From contig DAOUHO010000041.1 of the NCBI GenBank assembly GCA_034428595.1, positions 1-60,836 of the forward strand: DNA of 60,836 bases. The letters are read 5' to 3'. Source of the stretch: Chloroflexota bacterium. Lineage in GTDB: Bacteria > Chloroflexota > UBA11872. The notes under the pieces are model-generated. The model had not been told where the DNA came from and ran no database searches. It saw only the letters and a list, made by a program, of their open reading frames with translations. Shown here piece by piece: positions 18,124 to 28,178 of this stretch. Position numbers and translations under genes: made by a program. The number at the start of each line of letters is the position of its first letter. The stretch's first letter is position 1.

Positions 18124-20031
18124 TTGAGCCCGGCTGGATCGCCCCGCGTGACGCCCACGACCCGCCGAGCGACGCGACGCCTGCCTCGCCGCCGCCTGCT
18201 GGCGGCGGGCGCGCTGGCCGCGGCCGGGTTCACGCTTCGCTGGCCGCGCGTCCGTGGGCTTGAACCCACCGGGGACGCGCGCGTCGTGGCCGCGCGCTAC
18301 GAGCCGGAGCTGGGTCACAACATCGCGACGCTCTCGGTGACGGCCGCGGGTGGGCATCACCTGGTCGACTTCCTGGGTCACTATTTCCGCACTGGCGGGC
18401 TGCGTCGAGCGGGACTGGCCATCAGCGAACCGATCGTCGAGGACGGCGTGCTGTGTCAGTACTTCCAGCGAGGCGTGATGGAAAGCCGGCTGACCGGCGA
18501 CGGGGTCGTGATCCAATGGCGCGACCTGTGGACCGTGCTGGGTGACGGCGAGGGCGCGGCGGCGATCGCCGCCATCCCCAGCGAGTCGGCGCTCACGAAC
18601 CCGCACGCCGGCCGTGCGGTGGGGCCCTTTGGGCACGTGGTGTCGAATCAAGCGGTTGACGGGACGCTCACGAGGTTTCTCGAGCTCTACGACGCCGTTG
18701 GCGGCGAGCTCAGCCTTGGCGCGCCGCTGACGGCCGCACGCGTGGAATCCGGTGATGGCGGCGCCCCGATCATTCCCGGGTTGGCGGCGGACTTCGTGCG
18801 GCAGTATTTCGAGGCCGGCGTGATGGAAGTGCACCCGCAGTCGCCCGGCACCGCGAGTCTGGCGTTGGTAGGCGACGTCACGCGCGACACGGCCTACGCG
18901 AACTACAGCTGGACGTTGGTTCGCAGCTTCGGTGCGTCACCTCCGCTGGCGCCGGGCCGGCGGCTGCGCTTGGAGCGGACCGAGCGGCCGGCGGGCCTGA
19001 TTCAGAGCGGCTCGGTCGTGCCGCCGCCGGGGTTCGAGGTCTCGGTGTTCGCCAGCACGCGGCGCTTTGGTTTCCCGGCGGTGCTGCGCTTCGCCCCGGA
19101 TAACCGGCTCTTCGTCGGATTCTCGAATGATCTGATCGTGACGATGCGCGACTCAACCGGCAACGGGCAGGCCGACGTGATCCGCACCTTCGCCTCGGGT
19201 GACGGCATCAAGGATCCGCGCGGGCTGGCGTTCATGGGCGACCACGTCTATGTATCGGTTGAGGATAAGATCATTCGGCTGCGAGACACTTCCAGCTCGG
19301 GGGCCGCCGACGAGTCGGCCGACGTGGTCACGGGCCTGGAACTGGACACCAGGGTGCCGTTCCATCGCAACAACGGCATCGCCATCGGCCCGGACGGTCT
19401 GCTGTACATGACGCTCGGGAGCACGACGAACGCGGGCGAGATCCGCGAGCGTCCGCTGTCGGCCTCGATCTTGCGCTCGCGGTTGGACGGGACGGGGCTG
19501 GAGAAGTTCGCCACCGGATTGCGCAACCCATTCGGCTTGGCGTTCAGCCCGGACGGCGAGCTGTTTTGCACCGACAACGGCCCCGACACCAGCGTACGGC
19601 GCAACGACGATCCGCCCGACGAGCTCAATCACGTGATCCAAGGCGCGGACTATGGGCACGCGCGGTTCTGGGGCACGCCGCCGCCGGACTCAGGAACCCG
19701 CGGACCCGTGGCGAATCTGGCGGCCCACGGCGCGGCGGCGGGCTTGACCTTCTTCACCGGGCCGCAGGCGGGCGAATTTGACGGAAACGTGCTAATCGCC
19801 ATGTGGGGGCCGGCGGGCGCTCGGAGTTCGTTCGCGCACAACATTCTGCGCGCGCGGCTCCGGCGCCAGGGCGATTCCTACACCGCGCAGGTGCGGCCGT
19901 TTGTCAGCTCGCTGACGCGGCCCACGGACGTGGTGGTGGGCCCGCACGGCGACCTCTACATTGCCGATCACGTGGGCCGCACGATCTATCGACTGCGCCG
20001 CCGTGGCCTGGCGCCGTCGGTGTTGCGGTAG
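18124..20031 (+). CDS. secreted PQQ-dependent sugar dehydrogenase (glucose/sorbosone dehydrogenase family) with N-terminal extra domain
   Basis: Tat-like RRATRRLPRRRLLAAGALAAAG signal. C-terminal beta-propeller motifs: FAPDNRLFV, HRNNGIAIGPDGLLYMTLGS, GLRNPFGLAFSPDGELFCTDNGPD, DELNHV..GADYG. Confidence 0.8.
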   Translation: MSPAGSPRVTPTTRRATRRLPRRRLLAAGALAAAGFTLRWPRVRGLEPTGDARVVAARYEPELGHNIATLSVTAAGGHHLVDFLGHYFRTGGLRRAGLAISEPIVEDGVLCQYFQRGVMESRLTGDGVVIQWRDLWTVLGDGEGAAAIAAIPSESALTNPHAGRAVGPFGHVVSNQAVDGTLTRFLELYDAVGGELSLGAPLTAARVESGDGGAPIIPGLAADFVRQYFEAGVMEVHPQSPGTASLALVGDVTRDTAYANYSWTLVRSFGASPPLAPGRRLRLERTERPAGLIQSGSVVPPPGFEVSVFASTRRFGFPAVLRFAPDNRLFVGFSNDLIVTMRDSTGNGQADVIRTFASGDGIKDPRGLAFMGDHVYVSVEDKIIRLRDTSSSGAADESADVVTGLELDTRVPFHRNNGIAIGPDGLLYMTLGSTTNAGEIRERPLSASILRSRLDGTGLEKFATGLRNPFGLAFSPDGELFCTDNGPDTSVRRNDDPPDELNHVIQGADYGHARFWGTPPPDSGTRGPVANLAAHGAAAGLTFFTGPQAGEFDGNVLIAMWGPAGARSSFAHNILRARLRRQGDSYTAQVRPFVSSLTRPTDVVVGPHGDLYIADHVGRTIYRLRRRGLAPSVLR

Positions 20032-20152
20032 CCCGGCAGGTCACCCGGCGGCCGAATCGCCGTTCGCGCATGGTCCGCCCCACTTTCCTCATGGTGGGAG
20101 AGAGAATCGGCCGTCGACGGAACGGTGGTTGCTAATTGAGGCAGCAACCAGC

Positions 20153-21207
20153 TCAGCTTCCGGGCACGGTGTCAAAGGTCTCAAAGGCAATGGCGCCATT
20201 CTCGGAGATCGTGAACCTGAGCACCGGAAGAAGCGCGGCGTCGCGCCAAGTGTCCGGCTCGTATTCGTGCCGCAGGCGGATCGCCAGCACACCGAGGAAG
20301 CCGATCAACCCCGCGAGGGTCAGGCTTGCCGGCCACGACCGCCCCCTCGCATACGCGGCACGCTCCAGCACCACGATCGCCAACGCATACGCCAGCGGGA
20401 ACGCGGGCTTCCAGATGTTGGGCAGCATCGCTGCCTTCCCCGCCGAGAGTTGCCACTCAGCCGGCCAGTAAATCTCCCCCAGCGACGCCCGCAGGCCCGA
20501 CTGCGGCCATCCGGCTGGGATGGGGGTCTGCAGAATCCCGTTTCCCACGCTCACCCAGGTCCATAGGCCGGTCGAGAGCACCAGCGGCGCAAGGAGCAGC
20601 GTGACCCGCCAGGACCCGCGCACCACCAGCGCGCGGTCACCACCACCAGCGTGAAGCTCACCCAGGCATAGACGCCAAGCAACTCGTTGACGAAGGCCGG
20701 GTCGGGTCCCATTGGCGGAGCCAGCAGTCCGACCAGCAGGTCGACGACGTGGTGATAGTGCAGGGGCATGCCCGGGCTCCAGGACGCCTCCGGCGGGAAC
20801 CCGCCCGCGCGCAGCCAGCCCGACAGTCCCAGATGCATGTGCGGGTCGGTAACGGTCAGTAGCTGCCGACTGGCGAGGGCCGCCCACGCCAGCGCCAAGA
20901 CGGCGACAGTGAATCCGGCAATCGTGCGCGGTTGCACGTGGATGCGTCCACGGCCATGCCAGGCAAGGATCGCGCCCAGCGCAAGCGTGACGCCCCAGCC
21001 GATGGCCGCGCCGGCCATTCCCGGCACGACGTAGAGCACGAAATTGACGATCAGGCCCCAGAGGGCGGGGCCCACGACTAGGCCCTGCGCCAGAGCCACT
21101 CGTTCATCGCTCTGCCGCAGCACCGCACGGACGATGACGTGGCCGACGGCAGCCAGCGCGGCGAGTTGCAGCAGCAGGCCGGGCATCACCGCCGGGTCAA
21201 CGGTCAT
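20153..21207 (-). pseudogene. disrupted paralogue of the ~955-aa membrane-protein family (frameshift plus large internal deletion)
   Basis: ORF 20551-21207 matches paralogue residues 1 to ~200. After a frame change near 20630-20650, ORF 20153-20887 continues with residues ~200-330 (ALVVRGSWRVTLLLAPLVL...). It then jumps directly to the family's last ~40 aa (IRLRHEYEPDTWRDAALLPVLRFTISENGAIAFETF). Confidence 0.75.
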
Positions 21208-21332
21208 TGATCAACCCACACCCGATGCTTCCAAGCGGCTATCCCTGACATTCCCATGAGCCCTGGTGCGCGAGCCAGCCCAAGGCAACTCCGCACCCGC
21301 CGTGCTGGACTCACAGGCGGTCCCTTGCAGGG

Positions 21333-21555
21333 CTAGGGGACCGGCCCGCCGCGAATGTCGGCCAAGGGACCATAGGTAATTTCACCACCCTAATAAATGG
21401 TGAACCCAGGCAATGGAATAGCAGCGGCGGCGGCACGGGCTGGCGCCGTCGGTGTTCCGGAAGCCCCAACGGCCGATCTGCGGGGAAATGCCCATCGTGG
21501 CCGCGCCCAAGCTCCCTTCCTCACGGCGGGACAGGATGAGGCCGTCAAGGAAACT
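21333..21555 (-). pseudogene. C-terminal relic of a fourth paralogue of the membrane-protein family
   Basis: Minus-strand fragments match the C-terminus of the 952-aa copy: FLDGLILS..GSLGAAT, FRNTDGAS, AAAIPLPGFTIY and GGEITYGPLADIRGGPVP*. For example, 952-aa EGGHVTYEPLADVRGGPVS* matches the relic's GGEITYGPLADIRGGPVP*. The fragments are interrupted by frame changes, a stop and an AT-rich patch. Confidence 0.5.
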
Positions 21556-21583
21556 GAGGCTGACATTGAACGAAGCGGATGCC

Positions 21584-24460
21584 TCAGCCGCCGCGAGCAT
21601 TGTCATAGACCCGAAAGGCAATCTCGCCATCGTCGGCGATTCTGAAACGTATCACCGGGATGAAGGCGGCGTCGCGCCAAAGGTTCGGCTGCCATTCATG
21701 CCGCAGGCGGATGACCAGCGCCCACGCGCCGGGACTCAGTTCGCCGTCCGACGCCGGCAGGGGCGTGAAGGCGCCAAGGTCGTTGCGAACCTCGAGGGTG
21801 GATGTCGAGAGGTCGAGCCGATAGGTGTGGGTGGTCGCCGCGGAACCCGACGAAAGCAGTCCGTCAATCCACTGTGCGAACGCCGGTCCGCGCTCGTGGC
21901 GAAGAAAGCCGACGGGGATGCCCAACGGCGATTCGAGAAGCGGGACCAATAGCCAGTCCTGGCTCGTCCAGCGTTCCGGCGCTCGCTCGCCGTAGGTGGC
22001 CGTGAAGGTCAAGCGTCCTTGGTCGAGGCGCGCATCGGTGACCCGGACGCTAACCGGGGCCAACTCGATGTCCGGCAGCGTCATGTTCGGCGGCGCTGCC
22101 GACGGCGACGCGTAGACCACCGCATCCTCATTCCGCCAGATCGGGCGCCATCCGGCAGGAAACATCCAGGGGGCGACTCGCGCCGGCAGAACCACAAGGT
22201 CTGGAACATGCGCTCCCAGCGGCTCGATGGGCCATAGCGGCGTCCGGAGATGGAGGCCCGCGAGACTGAGCGCTCCCATCAGCCGGGCATCAGGCAGCGC
22301 CGAGGCGATCCGGATCCGACTCCACCACGCGGTTTGGTGGTGGAAGTAGATCGTCAGTGACGACGGCAACGCGCGCAGCGCCTCGAATGACGCGGGATCC
22401 GGCGCGGCGTCGAGCTCCAGGAACGCTGGGCGGGCGCGGTAGAGCGCTTCGCTTCCGTCCAGCGCGAGAAGCTCAAACAATCGCGGATCGTTGAGCCAGC
22501 GCGCGGCTCGGTCGGGCAGACCGGCCCGCCATGCATCGGTGGCATGGATGTACTCGAGTCCAAGCCGACGAAACGCGCGCGGCTCCAGGTAGTTCACAGC
22601 GTCGAGATACTCGGGGCCAGCGACGTAGTTCAGGTGGATCTGCTCGGCGAGGCCCGCCGCATTGGGGCGGCCGGTGGCGAGAAAGACGTTGGCGTAGGGC
22701 GGTGTGGTGGCGAGCACGCGCGCCTCGACGGACGTGTGGTCCCGAATGTGGGCCACTAGACGGTCCGACATGGCGGGCAGCTGAAAACGCCGCAAGGACT
22801 CTGGACCGTCCGACGCCAGCGGCTCGTCGTACATGGCGGTGGCATTGGCAAGCTGGATGCCATTCCCAAGAGCCAGGCCGGCATTGCGCACGGGCCCCAC
22901 GACCGTGGGCCAGACGATCAAGCCCACGACCAGCGCGCCGGCGGCGGAGCGCCAGCGGAGGCTCAATCCCGTCAAACGGGTGCTCAAGGCGAGCAGCAGC
23001 GCCACCAGCGCAAGGTTGCGCGCGTGCCCCGCCACGCGGTCCAGATCATTCGGCGCCGGCTCGTGATACAAGGCCAGCCAGGCCAGCGCCAGCAGGCCCG
23101 AGCCCGCCGCCAGCGCCAGCACCAGTCGATCGCGCCGCGCCAGCAGCGCGGCGACGCCCGCCACGATCACCGGACCCACGCCCAGGAGAACCACCCCGCC
23201 GGGCTGGCGGTCGAACGTTCCGAGCAGGCGCCAATCCCCCGAATGGAAGCCTAGCGACAGCGACAGGCCCGACGCTGCACCGCCGTCGAGGAGCCCGGTG
23301 AATACGCTGCCGCCCCCGAGGAGCAACAGCGCGGCCAGGGCCGTCCCGCCGCTCCATCGGACCAAGTCTCGGCCGACGCGTCCTCGAGTGACCGCCAAAC
23401 GCCTCCAGCCGCTTGGCTGACGCAAGCGCTGCGCCATCGCAGGTCGCCCGCGCCCGGATTGCACCAGGTGCAGGGCTTCTAAGCCGACCCACACGGCGAG
23501 TACCACCGGGGCGAACGTCGCTGCCAGCACGCCGATGAATCCGACCAGTCCGGCGAGCGTCACGGTGGCGGACCACGACCGGCGATCGGTGTAGGCGGCG
23601 CGTTCCAACACCACAAACGCCAGTGCGTACCCCAGCGTAAAGGCCGGCTTCCATATGTCCGCCAAAGCCTGACCCCAGGGAGTGGCGTTCGGTGGCAGCG
23701 CAACCAGCGGCCAGTAGATATCCGCCAGCGAGTCGCGCAGGCCGGCCGCCGGCAGCCCTGCCGGCAGGGGGATTTCCAGCAGGCCGTTGCCCACCCAGAT
23801 CACCGTCCAGGCGCCATGCGTGAGCAGCAGAGGCGCCACCACCAGCAGTGCGAGCCACGAGCCGCGCCGCAAGATCGCCACAAGGGTTACCAGGATGAAG
23901 CTCGTCCAGCCGTAGGCGTCCAGCAGTTCCGACACGAAGGCCTGATCGGGGCCCACGGGTGGCGCCAACAGCCCGACCAGCAGCGAAGGCCCGTGGTGAT
24001 AGCGCACCGGCGTGCCCGGATGCCAGGGCAGTTCCGGTGGAAATGCTCCCGCCCGAATTGAGGACGCCAGGCCCAGTTGGATCGACCAGTCTTGGACGGT
24101 CAAGAGTTGCCGGGTGGCCAGCGCGACCCAGAAGAGCGCCAGGAAGGCAATGGCCAGCCCGGCTGCCGTGCGGGGCCGAAGGCGAATGCGGCCGCGCGCG
24201 CGCCAGGCCAAGACCGCGCCGATCGCGAGCATGGCGCCCCAGCCGACGGCCGCGCCAGCTAGCCCCGGGACGAGGTACAGCACGAAGTTTGTGATCACGC
24301 CCCAGAGCGCGGGGCCCACGACGAGCCCTTGCGCCAGCGCCAGGCGCTCATCGTCCTGCCGCAACACGGCGCGGACGATGACGTAGCCGACGGCGGCAAG
24401 CGCAGCGACCTCCGCTGCCAGAAGCAGGAGGCCTGGGACGACAGTCAGGTCAACACGCAT
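21584..24460 (-). CDS. large polytopic membrane protein, putative GT-C-fold glycosyltransferase (paralogue 2)
   Basis: 958 aa. About 500 aa of repeated TM helices are followed by a ~440-aa soluble domain. An acidic motif RQDDERLALAQG follows TM1, resembling the DE..R.A first-loop motif of ArnT/PMT-type GT-C enzymes. The function is an inference. Confidence 0.6.
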   Translation of the reverse strand: MRVDLTVVPGLLLLAAEVAALAAVGYVIVRAVLRQDDERLALAQGLVVGPALWGVITNFVLYLVPGLAGAAVGWGAMLAIGAVLAWRARGRIRLRPRTAAGLAIAFLALFWVALATRQLLTVQDWSIQLGLASSIRAGAFPPELPWHPGTPVRYHHGPSLLVGLLAPPVGPDQAFVSELLDAYGWTSFILVTLVAILRRGSWLALLVVAPLLLTHGAWTVIWVGNGLLEIPLPAGLPAAGLRDSLADIYWPLVALPPNATPWGQALADIWKPAFTLGYALAFVVLERAAYTDRRSWSATVTLAGLVGFIGVLAATFAPVVLAVWVGLEALHLVQSGRGRPAMAQRLRQPSGWRRLAVTRGRVGRDLVRWSGGTALAALLLLGGGSVFTGLLDGGAASGLSLSLGFHSGDWRLLGTFDRQPGGVVLLGVGPVIVAGVAALLARRDRLVLALAAGSGLLALAWLALYHEPAPNDLDRVAGHARNLALVALLLALSTRLTGLSLRWRSAAGALVVGLIVWPTVVGPVRNAGLALGNGIQLANATAMYDEPLASDGPESLRRFQLPAMSDRLVAHIRDHTSVEARVLATTPPYANVFLATGRPNAAGLAEQIHLNYVAGPEYLDAVNYLEPRAFRRLGLEYIHATDAWRAGLPDRAARWLNDPRLFELLALDGSEALYRARPAFLELDAAPDPASFEALRALPSSLTIYFHHQTAWWSRIRIASALPDARLMGALSLAGLHLRTPLWPIEPLGAHVPDLVVLPARVAPWMFPAGWRPIWRNEDAVVYASPSAAPPNMTLPDIELAPVSVRVTDARLDQGRLTFTATYGERAPERWTSQDWLLVPLLESPLGIPVGFLRHERGPAFAQWIDGLLSSGSAATTHTYRLDLSTSTLEVRNDLGAFTPLPASDGELSPGAWALVIRLRHEWQPNLWRDAAFIPVIRFRIADDGEIAFRVYDNARGG

Positions 24461-24585
24461 ACATCAAGCCCCGCCTGAGGCGTCCGAACCCCCATCCATG
24501 ACGCCTTCATGCGCGCTGGTACGGAGGTCATTGCACAGCGACGCCGCCCCGGTCGGGCTCGACGCACGCACGATCCCCAGAGGGA

Positions 24586-27444
24586 TTATGAGACCGGCCC
24601 GCCGCGAACGTCTGCCAATGGCTCATAGGTTACGTGGCCACCCTCGGAGATCCTGATCCGCAGCACGGGGATGAGCGCGGCGTCGCGCCAAACGGTCGGC
24701 TGATATTCGTGACGCAGCCGAAGGGCCAAGGTGTAGCCGCCCGGTCCAAGATCGGCCGCCGAGCTCGCCAGCGGCACGAACTCACCGAGGTCGTTGCGCA
24801 CTGAGAACTCGGGTGCGCGCGCGTCAAAGCGGTAGGTGTGCGATGTGGTCGCACTGCCCGCCGACAGCAATCCCGCGAACCACTTGGCAATCGTCGGCTC
24901 CGCGCCGCGGCGAAAGACTTCCGTTGGGATGGCCCAGGGCGAGCGGTCGCCTTCGAGAACGACCCAATCCTGGCTGGTCCATCCCCGCGAAGTGCGCTCG
25001 TCGAAGGCAGCGACGAGCTCGATGCGGCCGTCCCACACCGTCACATCGCTCACTTCAATCAGCACCGGCGGCGGATCGCCTGACGGTGCGGCATCCGGCA
25101 TCGGAGCGTCTAGGATTTGCGGCACCGCGCCGTTGGGCGCGTACACCGCTACGTTGTTGTTGGTCCACCAGATCGGAGTCCGTGCCGAGGGCGGGAACAT
25201 CCACGCCTCGGCGCTCGACGGCAAGACGACGATGTCGGGCGTCTCGTCGGTGAGCGGATCGATGCGCCAGTTCGTGGGCGTGAGCAGGTGGAGTTCGTGA
25301 GTATCGACCTGCCCAACGAGTCGGGCGTGGGACAGCGTCGACGCGATTCGGAGCGTCTGAATGTCCCGCGGCGGTATCACGAAATACACCGTTGCCGACG
25401 GCGGCACCGCTTGACGCAAGGCCTCAAAGGACGCCGGGTGGGGTGACACGTCCAGGCTCGGGAACGCCGGCCGCACTCGAAACAGCCGCTCGCCGCCGTC
25501 TCGGACTAGCAGCTCGAACAACCGAGGGTCGGCCAGCCACGCCTGCGCCCGAGACGGGAGGCCATCCACCCAGCCATCCGTCGTGCGGACATACTCGATG
25601 CCCAACCGCCGGATGGCGGCCGGCTCAAGGTATTTGAGAGCATCCCAGTATTCTGGTCCGAGGTGGAAGAACTGGTGGGTCAGGCCGTAAAAGCCCCCGT
25701 TGTTGGGGCGGCCGGTGTCGAACTGCACGTGCCAGAAGGGCCACACGGTGTCGAGCACGTGGGCATTCACCGCAGTGTGGTCGCGGATATACGCAGCCAC
25801 ACGCTCCGAGATTGGCGCACCTCTCAGGTAGCGGCCAAAGGCCGCCGATCCGCTTAACCTGCGCTGGCCCGGCTGGGCGTCCGTGAGCAACGGCCCGTGG
25901 CCGAGGGCCAGACCGAGGCTGCGTGCCGGCCCCACCACGGTCGGCCAGATCAACAGGACCACCAATAGCCCGCTTGCGGCGTAGCGCAAGCGCGGCGGCA
26001 AGCCGGCCAGGCGAACGCTGAGCGCCAACAGCAGCGCGATCAGCGCCAGATTGCGCCCATGACCCGCCAAGCGGTCCACGTCAAAGGGCGCCGGCGCATA
26101 GCGGAGGCCGAGGTAGGCAAGCGCCAGGACGCCGCTGCCCAGGGCCAATGCTTGCACCAGACGGTCGCGCCGCGCCAACAGCGCGGCCGCGCCCGCCGCG
26201 ACCACCGGACCCACGCCCAGCAGGGCAACCCCACCGGACCGCGGGTCGAACATGCCAAGCAGCCGCCAGCCCTGCTGATGCTCATTCCACGCGAGGGTGA
26301 GGCCCAATCCCGCCGCGCCCGACAGGAGCCCCGCAAATCTCCCGCTTCCGAGCAGCAGAAGCACGGCCAGTGCCAGGCCCGCGGTCAACCGGAGAACAGC
26401 GCCCCAGGCCAACGACTTTGCGCACCAGGCGCGCCGGAGACTCACGGCCTCGAGACCTGCCCAAAGCGCGAGCGCCATCGGCGCCACCGTCGCGGCCGAC
26501 AAGCCAATGAACCCAACAAGCGCCGCCTGCGTGAGCGTGAGCGGCCAGGATCGGTGGCTTGCCCACGCGGCCCGCTCCAGAACGATGACCAGCAGCGCGT
26601 ACCCCAACGGGAATCCGGGTTTCCAGATGTTGGGCAGTGCGGCTTCACGAAACTGAATCGGCCGTTCGGCCATCCACGATTGCTCCGGGGATGGCCAGTA
26701 GATGTCCATCAGCGAGGCGCCGGCCTCCGCCGACGGCACGCCCGCAAGGACCGGAATCTCCAGGAGGCCCTCGCCAACCCAGGTGAAGGTCCAGGCGCCG
26801 GCGGTGATCAGCAGCGGCGCCGTAATCGCGGCGGCGAAGCCGGACGCGCGGTGCATGAGCAGCGTCGTGATCACCAGGGCGAAGCTCGTCCAGACGTACG
26901 CGCCCAGCAACTCGGTGACGAAGCCCAGACCCGGCCCAACCGGCGGCGTCAACAGCCCGGCCAGGAGCGGTATTCCGTGGTGATAGGGCGCGGGCGCCCC
27001 TGGGTTCCAGAACAGTTCCGGCGGGAATTCTCCCGCGCGGATTGAGACCGCCAGCCCCAATTGCACCGTCGGATCCGGTATGGACAAGACTTGGCGGCTG
27101 GCCAGCACGACCCAGAACAGCGCCAAGGCGGCGACGGCGAATCCGGCCACCATGCGGGGCCGCGGGCGGATCGGATGGGACGCGCGCCAGACAATCACGC
27201 CGGCTAGCGCGAGCATGACGCCCCAGCCGACGGCCGCGCCCGCCATCCCCGGGACGAGATACAGCACGATGTTTGTGACCAGGCCCCACAGCGCGGGGCC
27301 GACGACGAGCCCTTGCGCCAGGGCCAGGCGCTCGTCGTCCTGCCGCAGCGCCACGCGAGCGATGACGTAGCCGACGGCGGCGAGCGCGGCGAGTTCCGCC
27401 GCGAGGAGCAGGAGGCCGGGAACAACCGCAGGGTCAATCATCAA
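24586..27444 (-). CDS. large polytopic membrane protein, putative GT-C-fold glycosyltransferase (paralogue 1)
   Basis: 952 aa. The N-terminal ~250 aa are roughly two-thirds identical to paralogue 2 by eye. It has the same RQDDERLALAQG motif and the same C-terminal RLRHEYQP.VWRDAALIPVLR motif. Confidence 0.6.
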   Translation of the reverse strand: MMIDPAVVPGLLLLAAELAALAAVGYVIARVALRQDDERLALAQGLVVGPALWGLVTNIVLYLVPGMAGAAVGWGVMLALAGVIVWRASHPIRPRPRMVAGFAVAALALFWVVLASRQVLSIPDPTVQLGLAVSIRAGEFPPELFWNPGAPAPYHHGIPLLAGLLTPPVGPGLGFVTELLGAYVWTSFALVITTLLMHRASGFAAAITAPLLITAGAWTFTWVGEGLLEIPVLAGVPSAEAGASLMDIYWPSPEQSWMAERPIQFREAALPNIWKPGFPLGYALLVIVLERAAWASHRSWPLTLTQAALVGFIGLSAATVAPMALALWAGLEAVSLRRAWCAKSLAWGAVLRLTAGLALAVLLLLGSGRFAGLLSGAAGLGLTLAWNEHQQGWRLLGMFDPRSGGVALLGVGPVVAAGAAALLARRDRLVQALALGSGVLALAYLGLRYAPAPFDVDRLAGHGRNLALIALLLALSVRLAGLPPRLRYAASGLLVVLLIWPTVVGPARSLGLALGHGPLLTDAQPGQRRLSGSAAFGRYLRGAPISERVAAYIRDHTAVNAHVLDTVWPFWHVQFDTGRPNNGGFYGLTHQFFHLGPEYWDALKYLEPAAIRRLGIEYVRTTDGWVDGLPSRAQAWLADPRLFELLVRDGGERLFRVRPAFPSLDVSPHPASFEALRQAVPPSATVYFVIPPRDIQTLRIASTLSHARLVGQVDTHELHLLTPTNWRIDPLTDETPDIVVLPSSAEAWMFPPSARTPIWWTNNNVAVYAPNGAVPQILDAPMPDAAPSGDPPPVLIEVSDVTVWDGRIELVAAFDERTSRGWTSQDWVVLEGDRSPWAIPTEVFRRGAEPTIAKWFAGLLSAGSATTSHTYRFDARAPEFSVRNDLGEFVPLASSAADLGPGGYTLALRLRHEYQPTVWRDAALIPVLRIRISEGGHVTYEPLADVRGGPVS

Positions 27445-27682
27445 TGCAGCGTGCTCCGTGTCCTGCTCGACGCTTGGGCCCAGGGCGCCGCGCTTGGCAT
27501 CTGCAACATACTAGGGGGGTGGGGACCGCCAGGTATGAGGATTAACGGGAACGCAGGCTCGGCGCCGTCGCTGCCTACCACTCGATAAGCGTGCGGTACA
27601 CTTGCCGTGAGCTATGGGCGGTCTAGCTCTTGTCACCGTATGTGCGCCTGGTTTTGGCGCCAACGATTCTTCTGGAGCCTAC

Positions 27683-27955
27683 GTGGGTTTCGTTTCGCCT
27701 AAACGCGAGCAGGTCGACGCGCTGCGCCTGCACAGCGACGACACGGGCTCGGCGCCCGTGCAGATTGCCGGGCTGAGTGCGCGGATCGAGGAGCTGACTG
27801 AGCACCTGAAGCAGCACCGCGGCGACAAGCACACGCGCTACGGGCTGCTGCGCATGGTCGGGCGGCGGGGCCGCTTGCTGAAATACCTGCGGCGCACACA
27901 GCCCGAGACCTATCGCGAGGTGATCACCACCCTTGGTTTGCGGGTGCGCCAATAG
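27683..27955 (+). CDS. rpsO: 30S ribosomal protein S15
   Basis: From the GTG at 27683 (GGAG 5 nt upstream): ..[55 protein letters not shown]...LGLR. The length of 90 aa fits S15. Confidence 0.9.
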   Translation: MGFVSPKREQVDALRLHSDDTGSAPVQIAGLSARIEELTEHLKQHRGDKHTRYGLLRMVGRRGRLLKYLRRTQPETYREVITTLGLRVRQ

Positions 27956-28178
27956 TCGCCGGCGTTCGTTGCCGACGGCGCGCCGCTCCAGAAATCCCTT
28001 TCTCATGGTCCTTGGCCCCCGGTTCATCGCCGAAGCTGCACTGACGGGCCCCAAATACTTCGCTTCGGCATAGTTCGGCGGGTCGAATCTCGCGGACGAG
28101 CTAAGAAACGAGCCGGCAACTCCGGTTGCCCCCTCCTTTCTTCGCTTGTTCCGCCGGCCCGCCCGGGAGACGTGCGAT

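Noticed and set aside
19961-20566. Plus-strand ORFs 19961-20566 and 21452-21952 share a similar peptide (AILGDREPEHRKKRGVAPSVRL / AIVGDSETYHRDEGGVAPKVRL).
   Set aside because: The similarity arises because both are antisense to the conserved C-terminal motif of the minus-strand membrane-protein paralogues.
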